From NCBI GenBank assembly GCA_937989945.1, contig CALKIG010000106.1, positions 2,925-66,924 of the forward strand: DNA of 64,000 nucleotides, in the 5' to 3' direction. The notes beneath the pieces were generated by a model. It searched no databases. It was given only the letters and a program-made list of their open reading frames with translations, and was not told the DNA's origin. Origin of the DNA: an uncultured Actinomycetes bacterium. Lineage in GTDB: Bacteria > Actinomycetota > Acidimicrobiia > Spongiisociales > ZC4RG35. Both the position numbers and the translations under genes were made by a program. This document shows positions 54,638 through 62,149 of the stretch, in pieces; position 1 is the first letter of the stretch, and every line of letters starts with the position of its first letter.

Positions 54638-56004
54638 AAGTCCTCTTTGCCACCGCCGAGTTCGCGCCGAAGGTCAAGGTCGGCGGGCTCGGCGACGCCG
54701 CCTCTGGCCTCGTCCGCGCTCTCCGCGATCTGGGGATTCAGATGGAGGTGGTCTTGCCCGACTACGAAGGCGAGGGCGCCGGTGGGATCGATCTGGACGT
54801 ACCGGGCTGGGTTGGAGGGGCTCGCGCCGGCACACTCGACACACCGGCGGGCCAGGTCACCCTGGTGTCGAGCGAGACACTGACGCGGCCACACCCCTAC
54901 ACAGACCAATCGGGTGAGGGCTGGCCTGACAACGACTTCAGGTTCATGGCGTTTTCGGCAGCCATCGCTGCCCTGGTGGAGGAACGTCGCCCAGATGTCC
55001 TTCACCTGAACGACTGGCACACCGGTGCCACCCTCGGGTTCCTGCAAGATCCCCCTCCAACGGTCCTCACGATGCACAACCCGGCCTATCAGGGGACGAC
55101 ATCGGGGCTGTGGCTGTCTGTGCTCGAGCGGCGGCCGGAAGCCTACGAGTGGTATGGCGGAACCAACCCGCTGACCGGGGCCATTGCGCTCGCCGACCGG
55201 GTTGTGACGGTCAGCCCCACCTTTGCAACGGAGCTTTTGCGGCCTGAGACAAGCTTCGGCCTAGACGGGCCACTTGCGGCGAGGGGCAGCCGGTTCAGCG
55301 GGATCCTCAACGGCATCGAAACCGACATCTGGGACCCCTCAGCCGACCCGCACCTGCCGGTCCATTACGACACCGAAAACCCGTCCCGCAAACGCGAGCT
55401 GGGCCGCCGCCTCTCTGAAGAGTTGAGTTGGAGCGCTTCGAGAGACCCAATCATCGGAATGGTCACCAGGCTCACTGGCCAAAAGGGAGTCGACATCGCC
55501 TTGGAGGTAGCCAAAATCGTCGACGAACTGGGAGCGCGAATGGTGTTGCTCGGATCCGGCGAGGCTCCACTTGCCGAGTCGGCCGAAAGGGTCGCCGGCT
55601 TGATGCCCGACCTCTTCAGGTTCCGACATGGTTACGACGAGCAACTCGCCCACCTGATCTTCGGCGGATCCGACATCTACCTCGTTCCGAGCCGATTCGA
55701 GCCTTGCGGGCTCACCCAGATGCAGGCAATGCGGTACGGGGCCATCCCGGTGGTGACCAACGTTGGGGGGCTCGCCGACACGGTCGTGGACGCAGACGCC
55801 AACCCAACCACCGGAACGGGATTCGTCGCGGTCAAGCCAACCGCTGAGAACTTCACCAACGCCGTGTCGAGGGCGATAAGGGCCTGGAGATCGACCAAGC
55901 GGAGAGGTCAGATTCGTCGTCTCGGCATGTCTCAGGATTGGTCCTGGATGCGGCCCTCACGCCAATACCTCGAGCTCTATCGAGGCCTCACCTCGGCTCG
56001 CTGA
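54634..56004 (+). CDS. glgA: glycogen synthase (ADP-glucose type, GT5)
   Basis: 456 aa from ATG 54634 (ATGA overlap). MKVLFATAEFAPKVKVGGLGDA N-terminus; SRFEPCGLTQMQAMRYG C-terminal motif. Confidence 0.9.
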   Translation: MKVLFATAEFAPKVKVGGLGDAASGLVRALRDLGIQMEVVLPDYEGEGAGGIDLDVPGWVGGARAGTLDTPAGQVTLVSSETLTRPHPYTDQSGEGWPDNDFRFMAFSAAIAALVEERRPDVLHLNDWHTGATLGFLQDPPPTVLTMHNPAYQGTTSGLWLSVLERRPEAYEWYGGTNPLTGAIALADRVVTVSPTFATELLRPETSFGLDGPLAARGSRFSGILNGIETDIWDPSADPHLPVHYDTENPSRKRELGRRLSEELSWSASRDPIIGMVTRLTGQKGVDIALEVAKIVDELGARMVLLGSGEAPLAESAERVAGLMPDLFRFRHGYDEQLAHLIFGGSDIYLVPSRFEPCGLTQMQAMRYGAIPVVTNVGGLADTVVDADANPTTGTGFVAVKPTAENFTNAVSRAIRAWRSTKRRGQIRRLGMSQDWSWMRPSRQYLELYRGLTSAR

Positions 56005-57229
56005 TCACATCGCCCTTGCCAATGACCACGACTCCACTCTCGGAGACATGGAACCGGGCGGCGTCGCGTTCGGGATCCACTCCGACCTCGGCGCCTTCCG
56101 GGATCATCACGTTCTTGTCCACGATCGCCCTTCGCACGGTCGCACCAGGGCCCACCTTGACACCGTGGAGCACTATCGACTCCTCGACCGTCGCCCCGCC
56201 GTCCACACGCACTCCCGGGGACACAATCGAACGCTTCACCGACCCCCCGGAGACGATGACTCCATTGCTGAGGATGGAGTTGACGATCTCGCCCGAGATG
56301 CCTTTGTCTGCAACCACCTTCGCCGGTGGAGCGGTGACGCTCGCCGTGTAGATCGGCCATGCAGAGTTGTAGAGGTTGAAGACCGGCTCTGGCTCGACGA
56401 GATCGAGGTGAGCATCGTGATAGGCATCCACCGAGCCGACGTCCCGCCAGTAGGCGCGATCTCGCTCCAAAGAGCCGGGCACGTCGTTGTCGGCGAAGTC
56501 ATACACGTGCGCCTGTCCCATCGACACAGCTCTTGGGATGAGGTCGCCTCCGATGTCGTGCTTCGAGCCATCCGCCTCGGCGTCGGCACTGACGATGTCG
56601 TAGAGGAACTCGGTCTCAAAGACGTAGTTGCCCATTGAAGCGAACACCATCGAGGGATCATCGGGAAGCGGTTTGGCCGTCTTCGGCTTCTCCAGGAAGG
56701 CTGAGATCTCCGTGCCATCCCCGCGTTCGATCACGCCGAGCTCAGGTGCCTCTTCGATCGGTCGCCTTATGGCTGCGACGGTGACTCCCGCGCCGGTCTC
56801 GATGTGCTGGGCAAGCATCTGGCTCGGGTCCATCCTGTAGATGTGGTCTGCGCCGAAGACGAAGACGTGCTCCGGTCTCTCGTCGTGCAGGATGTTGAGG
56901 TTCTGGAGGATCGCATCTGCGGATCCGAGAAACCATCGCTCCCCCATGCGCATCTGGGCGGGCACAGAGGTCACATAGTTGCCGAGCAAAGTGGACATCC
57001 GCCATGTGAGCGCCAGGTGGCGATTGAGGCTGTCGCTCAGATACTGGGTCAGGACCACGATCTTGCGGTAGCCACCGTTCACGAGGTTGGACAGAGCGAA
57101 GTCAATGAGTCGGTAGTGCCCGCCGAAGGGAACGGCCGGCTTGGCGCGATCCCTGGTAAGCGGGAGGAGGCGCTTGCCCATCCCGCCGGCGAGCACCATC
57201 GACACGATCTCAGGCCGGGCAGGTCTCAC
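55988..57229 (-). CDS. glgC: glucose-1-phosphate adenylyltransferase
   Basis: VLAGGMGKRLLPLTRDRAKPAVPFGGHYRLIDFALSNLVN is colinear with mycobacterial GlgC from memory. GTG 57229 is chosen by N-terminal alignment; the ORF is open to TTG 57283. Its 3' end overlaps glgA by 17 nt. Confidence 0.88.
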   Translation of the reverse strand: MRPARPEIVSMVLAGGMGKRLLPLTRDRAKPAVPFGGHYRLIDFALSNLVNGGYRKIVVLTQYLSDSLNRHLALTWRMSTLLGNYVTSVPAQMRMGERWFLGSADAILQNLNILHDERPEHVFVFGADHIYRMDPSQMLAQHIETGAGVTVAAIRRPIEEAPELGVIERGDGTEISAFLEKPKTAKPLPDDPSMVFASMGNYVFETEFLYDIVSADAEADGSKHDIGGDLIPRAVSMGQAHVYDFADNDVPGSLERDRAYWRDVGSVDAYHDAHLDLVEPEPVFNLYNSAWPIYTASVTAPPAKVVADKGISGEIVNSILSNGVIVSGGSVKRSIVSPGVRVDGGATVEESIVLHGVKVGPGATVRRAIVDKNVMIPEGAEVGVDPERDAARFHVSESGVVVIGKGDVISEPR

Positions 57230-57317
57230 AGATGAGAAGCTAGCCACCAACCGGCCATTCGGGTAGACGAGACCTCGAACCAACCTCCCCTTTCGACTGG
57301 AGGCAACGTATGCTTAC

Positions 57318-58121
57318 TTGATCCCCCCTTCAAGCGTCCTACTCCGTAACAACGTCACCGTCGCCGGCGTCCCACACGGTCAGCCCATGCTGTTCGCCCA
57401 CGGCTATGGGTGTGACCAGAACATGTGGCGGCACGTCGTGCCCGCCTTCGAGGACACGCACCGCATCATCCTCTTCGACCACGTCGGTGCCGGTGGCTCC
57501 GACCTCGACGCGTACGACTTCGAGAAGTACGACAGCCTTCACGGCTATGCGAGCGACATCTCGGAAATATGCCGGGAGCTCGAACTCTCCGAGGTGATAT
57601 TCATCGGCCACAGCGTTGCGTCGATGATGGGCGTCCTGGCTGCAAGACAAAGCCCTGAAACCTTCTCGAAACTGATCCTGGTCGGCCCCTCACCCCGCTA
57701 CATCGACGACGATGGGTATCGCGGCGGCTTCACCGAAGATCAAATCGACGATCTGCTCGTCTCGCTCGAAAGCAACTTCCTCGGTTGGTCGGCTCAGATG
57801 GCTCCACTGATCATGGGAAACGACGACAGGCCGCAGCTCGGCCAAGAGCTCACCAATAGCTTTTGTCGAACCGACCCGGACATCGCCGCCCACTTCGCAA
57901 AGGTTACGTTCAAATCCGACAATCGAGACGACCTCCCTGAAGTCGAGATCCCGACGCTCGTGCTGCAGTGCTCTGACGACGTGATAGCCCCCGAGTTCGT
58001 GGGCGAGTACGTGCATCGACGGCTCCCCAACGCCCTCTACAGGAAGATGAGGGCCACCGGTCACTGCCCCAACCTGAGCGCTCCCGAGGAGACGGTCCAA
58101 GCCATCAGAGAGTTCTTGTGA
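57318..58121 (+). CDS. rsbQ: RsbQ-like alpha/beta hydrolase (RsbQ / KAI2 / D14 family)
   Basis: 267 aa. Colinear with B. subtilis RsbQ from memory (MLFAHGYGCDQNMW, IGHSVASM, LQCSDDVIAP, TGHCPNLS, giving a Ser-Asp-His triad). Confidence 0.85.
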   Translation: MIPPSSVLLRNNVTVAGVPHGQPMLFAHGYGCDQNMWRHVVPAFEDTHRIILFDHVGAGGSDLDAYDFEKYDSLHGYASDISEICRELELSEVIFIGHSVASMMGVLAARQSPETFSKLILVGPSPRYIDDDGYRGGFTEDQIDDLLVSLESNFLGWSAQMAPLIMGNDDRPQLGQELTNSFCRTDPDIAAHFAKVTFKSDNRDDLPEVEIPTLVLQCSDDVIAPEFVGEYVHRRLPNALYRKMRATGHCPNLSAPEETVQAIREFL

Positions 58122-59269
58122 GGACAGAGCCCCGGCTGGCTGAACAGTCTGACGGGTCCCGAGCATATGACCGTGCTCCGTGCGGTCTGCTCACGATGAC
58201 CAGGACCGGCACCATTCTGGAGGCAAACGGGACATTCCGTAAGTGGCTGGAAATCGGCTCGGGTGAAGACCTGCCCATATTTCTCGATCTCCTCCGCGCG
58301 GGTGATCGCATTTTCTGGGACACCCATCTCGGGCCCCTGCTCGACATGCAGGGTCAGGTCAACGAAGTGGCGGTGGAGATAGCAACGCCCAGCGGTCCTG
58401 TCCCTGCGCTCCTCAACGCCTCGACATCGACCCCGGGTGATCCAGACGGCGTCATCGACATCGCCATCTTCAGGGCCGTGGACCGAAGGAGCTACGAGCG
58501 TGAGTTGCTCGCCGAGAGAAAGCTGGCGGAAGAAGCCGAGTCTCGGGCCCGGGACCTCGCCCAGACGCTGCAGAGAAGCCTGATCCCGCCCACAGTCCCT
58601 TCGATTCCAGGCCTCGACGTCTCGGCTGCGTATCGGCCGGCCGGCGACGGGTCTGAAGTCGGGGGAGATTGGTACGACGTGTTCCAGCTAGGTGCAACCT
58701 CTTGGATGGTCACGATCGGAGACGTCTGCGGGAAGGGTGCGGGTGCTGCCGCAATGACGGCCTTCATCCGCTACGCGATCAGGGGTGCCTCCATGGAGAC
58801 GTCGAATCTCAAGAAGATCCTGCGCGACGTGAACGAAGCTCTCCTCCTCGAGCGGATGGATACGACCGCCACGGTCGCCATGATCCGCCTGGACCTGGCA
58901 GAAGAGAAGCCACGGGTCGCAGTGAGCTCGGCAGGCCACCCGCTGCCCTGGAAGATCGACGAAGCTGGCCGAACACACAAACTGGGCAGTCCCGGGACCC
59001 TCCTCGGCGGTTTCTCAGAGATCAACCAGGAGGTAGAGCGGTTCGAGCTCGAGGTCGGGGAGACACTGGTGCTGATAACCGATGGAGTTACTGAAGGGAG
59101 ATCCGGCGACGAGTTCTTTGGAGAGGACAGACTCACCACCTACCTGAGTCGAACGCCTTCACTCGAGGTCTCAGAAATTCCCGAGAGGCTCGCCCAAGAC
59201 TGCGTCGCGTTCCAGGATGGCCATCCTCGCGACGACATCGCAGTGGTGGCACTGCGGCGCTCGGGCTGA
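58118..59269 (+). CDS. rsbP: PAS domain - coiled coil - PP2C (SpoIIE-type) serine phosphatase, RsbP-like
   Basis: 383 aa. GTG start overlaps the rsbQ stop (GTGA). PAS-like APCGLLTMTRTGTILEANGTF. PP2C motifs GGDWYDVF, IGDVCGKG and LITDGVTE. Confidence 0.85.
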   Translation: MRTEPRLAEQSDGSRAYDRAPCGLLTMTRTGTILEANGTFRKWLEIGSGEDLPIFLDLLRAGDRIFWDTHLGPLLDMQGQVNEVAVEIATPSGPVPALLNASTSTPGDPDGVIDIAIFRAVDRRSYERELLAERKLAEEAESRARDLAQTLQRSLIPPTVPSIPGLDVSAAYRPAGDGSEVGGDWYDVFQLGATSWMVTIGDVCGKGAGAAAMTAFIRYAIRGASMETSNLKKILRDVNEALLLERMDTTATVAMIRLDLAEEKPRVAVSSAGHPLPWKIDEAGRTHKLGSPGTLLGGFSEINQEVERFELEVGETLVLITDGVTEGRSGDEFFGEDRLTTYLSRTPSLEVSEIPERLAQDCVAFQDGHPRDDIAVVALRRSG

Positions 59270-59327
59270 CTCGCTGCGCGAACACGACACACCGACCACT
59301 ACCTCTGCACTCTGGCAAGATCGCTAG

Positions 59328-60809
59328 ATGAAGACGCTCTGGATCCTCGGTGACCAACTCAACCGCCGGATAGGTGCACTCGCGCAGTCGGAGCCGGAGA
59401 CGCATCGGATACTGATGATCGAGAGTGCGGCGACGATGGAAGCCCGCACATTTCACCGCCAGCGACTTCACCTGGTCATCACGGCAATGAGGCGTTTCGC
59501 GGAGGAACTGCGTGGTAGCGGCTTCGACGTCGACTACCGCCAGGCAGAGTCGTTTCGGCAGGGTCTCTTCGACCACATAGAGGAGCACGACCCTTCGCAA
59601 CTCGAGGCCACGGAGCCGAACTCGCGCGAGTTGCGAGCACTGCTTACACGCCTCGGGGTCGAACAGAGACGATCCAATCAATTCCTGTGCCACCCCGATG
59701 ACTTCGCCGAATGGGCCGACGATCGGGATTCGCTCCGAATGGAGGACTTCTACCGTTGGCAACGGAAGCGTCTTGGCTACCTGATGGACGGCGACGAGCC
59801 GCTCGGGGGAAAGTGGAACTACGACCACGAGAACCGGGAGCCTCCGCCAGAAGACCATGACTGGCCCGAGCCGGCCCGTTCCCAACTCGATGACCTCGAT
59901 CATGAAGTTCTCGATGGGTTGCCGCCGGGTGCTCCAGGAGCTGAACCTGTTGGCTGGTGGGCGACGTCTCGCCGTGCCGCCCTCTACCGGCTCAATCACT
60001 TCGTCGAGGATGTGCTTCCCGAGTTCGGGCCCTACGAAGACGCCATGACGGAGCAGAACTGGCACTTGGCACACTCCTTGCTCAGCCCCTACCTGAATCT
60101 GGGGCTCATCCTCCCGGGAGAGATCTGCGACCGTGTCGAGGAAGCCTTCGAAGCGGGGGACATACCGATCAACTCCGCAGAGGGAATGATCCGCCAAGTC
60201 ATCGGGTGGCGGGAGTTCGTATGGGGCGTCTATTGGCTATGGCCGGAGCAGTCGGAGTCAAACGAGCTCGGTCATGAACGCCCTCTTCCACCGGCCCTGA
60301 CCGGAGAGGCCGAGACACGCATGCGATGCGTTTCATTGGCCGTAGAGGGTCTCCGTGAGCGGGGTTGGGTGCATCACATCCAGCGGCTGATGGTGCTGTC
60401 CAACTTCGCCAACCTTCACGGGGTGGAGCCACGCCAGGTCCATGACTGGATGCGCGAGACCTACATCGATGGCGCCGATTGGGTGATGGGACCCAATGTC
60501 TATGGGATGGGGCTCTGGGCCGACGGGGGGAGGATGTCGACCAAGCCATATGTTTCGGGTGGGGCCTACATCAACCGCATGAGCGACTACTGCTCGGAAT
60601 GCAGGTTCAACCCTTCCAAGCGAACTGGTGAAGACGCGTGCCCCTTCACCACGCTGTATTGGGATTTCCTAGCCCGTCATCGAGAGTCTCTAGAGGCGAA
60701 CGCCCGGATGGCACGCCAGTTTCACACCCTCGATCGGCTCAGCGACATCGACCAGGTCCGTGAGAGAGCCGCGCGAGTGAACGAAAGGATCGCGGCAGGA
60801 GAGCTGTAG
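59328..60809 (+). CDS. cryptochrome/photolyase family protein of the FeS-BCP type (PhrB/CryB-like (6-4) photolyase)
   Basis: 493 aa. MKTLWILGDQLN N-terminus. Four Cys with spacing C-x87-C-x2-C-x12-C (RMRCVS ... DYCSECRF ... DACPF), as in the [4Fe-4S] site of PhrB. Confidence 0.85.
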   Translation: MKTLWILGDQLNRRIGALAQSEPETHRILMIESAATMEARTFHRQRLHLVITAMRRFAEELRGSGFDVDYRQAESFRQGLFDHIEEHDPSQLEATEPNSRELRALLTRLGVEQRRSNQFLCHPDDFAEWADDRDSLRMEDFYRWQRKRLGYLMDGDEPLGGKWNYDHENREPPPEDHDWPEPARSQLDDLDHEVLDGLPPGAPGAEPVGWWATSRRAALYRLNHFVEDVLPEFGPYEDAMTEQNWHLAHSLLSPYLNLGLILPGEICDRVEEAFEAGDIPINSAEGMIRQVIGWREFVWGVYWLWPEQSESNELGHERPLPPALTGEAETRMRCVSLAVEGLRERGWVHHIQRLMVLSNFANLHGVEPRQVHDWMRETYIDGADWVMGPNVYGMGLWADGGRMSTKPYVSGGAYINRMSDYCSECRFNPSKRTGEDACPFTTLYWDFLARHRESLEANARMARQFHTLDRLSDIDQVRERAARVNERIAAGEL

Positions 60810-60815
60810 GCCGGA

Positions 60816-61190
60816 TCAGCCTCGACGGAGCACCCGCCAGACCCCGACGGCCGCCAACAGGAAAGTCACCCCGATCTTGGTGAAGTCGATCACGGGCCTC
60901 ACCTCGACCCCTGTCGGCGAGACAGTGATGACAGCGACTGGCCTGCCCTGAGATGTCCCTCCGCCGCCACCACCGCCACCACCGCCTTCGTCACCGGTGG
61001 AAGCCTCGGATCCGCTGCCCCCGCCGAAGCCGAAGCCTCCGACGCGTTCCCATGCCGACGCCGTGACGATCATCGAGTCTCCGATGACCTCCGGGGCCGA
61101 AAAGACAGTCGCGGGTGAAGCGTCACCGAAAATCACCCCTAGGGGCTCGGCTATCTGGGTACCTAGCTTCGCTAGTCGCTCGTCTTCCAT
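60816..61190 (-). CDS. GerW/YtfJ family protein
   Basis: 124 aa. VIGDSMIVTASAWERVGGFGFGGGSG...GGGGGGGGG...PVAVITVSPTGVEVRPV matches the YtfJ/GerW pattern. Confidence 0.7.
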   Translation of the reverse strand: MEDERLAKLGTQIAEPLGVIFGDASPATVFSAPEVIGDSMIVTASAWERVGGFGFGGGSGSEASTGDEGGGGGGGGGGTSQGRPVAVITVSPTGVEVRPVIDFTKIGVTFLLAAVGVWRVLRRG

Positions 61191-61444
61191 ATGCTCAACC
61201 TCCTGGCTGCGGCGAAGACGGCAAGCACGACGCCTACCACCCTCACGATCATCACGTAGTCGTGAACCGACATCGGAGCGGCACCTCGGTCGGTTTCGAT
61301 CCGTGCCGGTCTCCGGTAGGAGACGCCCAAGCCGAAATGCTGCGATCCGACGGTCAGAGACGTGGTGGCTGCGACGAGCCCGATAGAGCGGTCGCCCACC
61401 TCGATCTCGCCGACGACCCCCGTCGCGTTTCTCACCCGAATCAC
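61172..61444 (-). CDS. hypothetical protein with C-terminal TM helix
   Basis: 90 aa. Overlaps the downstream GerW-like gene by 19 nt. No family recognised. Confidence 0.45.
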   Translation of the reverse strand: MIRVRNATGVVGEIEVGDRSIGLVAATTSLTVGSQHFGLGVSYRRPARIETDRGAAPMSVHDYVMIVRVVGVVLAVFAAARRLSIWKTSD

Positions 61445-61494
61445 GCCGCGATCCTATGCGCTGCCCGCCGAGCGGCCAACATGCCTAAGGATGG

Positions 61495-62085
61495 TCAGCG
61501 ACTCTGCAAAGCGTCGAGAGCCACGGCTACAGATGCCGCCACCCTGAAGTCGAGTGTCTCGTCGGGAACCGAGATCGTGTAACGATCCCTTATCGACTTC
61601 TTGCGCTCACTGGTGAGAACCGCGTTGCCCGCTTGATCCAAGAAGTCGAAGTGGAAGACGAATGGGATCCAGACTTCGCCCAGGAAAGGGATGAAATCCC
61701 AGATCCTCCGCAGGATGGCAATCGTCATGTTGCGTTCCTGGCCTACGGCGGTCTTCGACCCGTAGCTCAGTGTCCACGTGGACCGAATCAGACTTGCGGC
61801 AAACTCCTTCTTGAAATAGCCGATTGGCCGACCGGCCGAATCGAGAACGTCATGTTCGGCGCGCACGTCTAATCCCTGCCTGGCCTTGAAGGAGAAGAGC
61901 TCCTCGGTCTTCGCCTCGTCCCGGTAGAAGATGACGTGCTCTTTGAACTTGAGCCGCTTCTGCTGTGCGAAGGCGAGCATCTCGCCTTCGCTGCCGTCTT
62001 CGCGCGCGCCAAGGATCTCGTATCGGTTGACCATGAGGGTGATCTTCTGGCGTACGAAGAATCTCGGCAGGTGTTGAGGGAGCAT
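61495..62085 (-). CDS. LURP-one-related / scramblase-like (tubby C-terminal fold) family protein
   Basis: 196 aa. FFVRQKITLMVNRYEI start and repeated beta-hairpin pattern, typical of the YxjI/LURP1 family (memory-based). Confidence 0.6.
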   Translation of the reverse strand: MLPQHLPRFFVRQKITLMVNRYEILGAREDGSEGEMLAFAQQKRLKFKEHVIFYRDEAKTEELFSFKARQGLDVRAEHDVLDSAGRPIGYFKKEFAASLIRSTWTLSYGSKTAVGQERNMTIAILRRIWDFIPFLGEVWIPFVFHFDFLDQAGNAVLTSERKKSIRDRYTISVPDETLDFRVAASVAVALDALQSR

Positions 62086-62149
62086 CGTCGGAGTGTATCG
62101 ACGAATTCCTACCCAACAGCTGCTTCCCTACTCTGTCAGTGAAGGAGAG

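Noticed and set aside
59133-60197. 354-aa minus-strand ORF
   Set aside because: It is antisense to the photolyase-family gene, which has strong family motifs. It has no motifs of its own.
60955-60995. Periodic GCC/ACC repeat run
   Set aside because: This is the coding sequence of the poly-Gly linker of the GerW-like protein (minus strand), not a CRISPR or satellite repeat.
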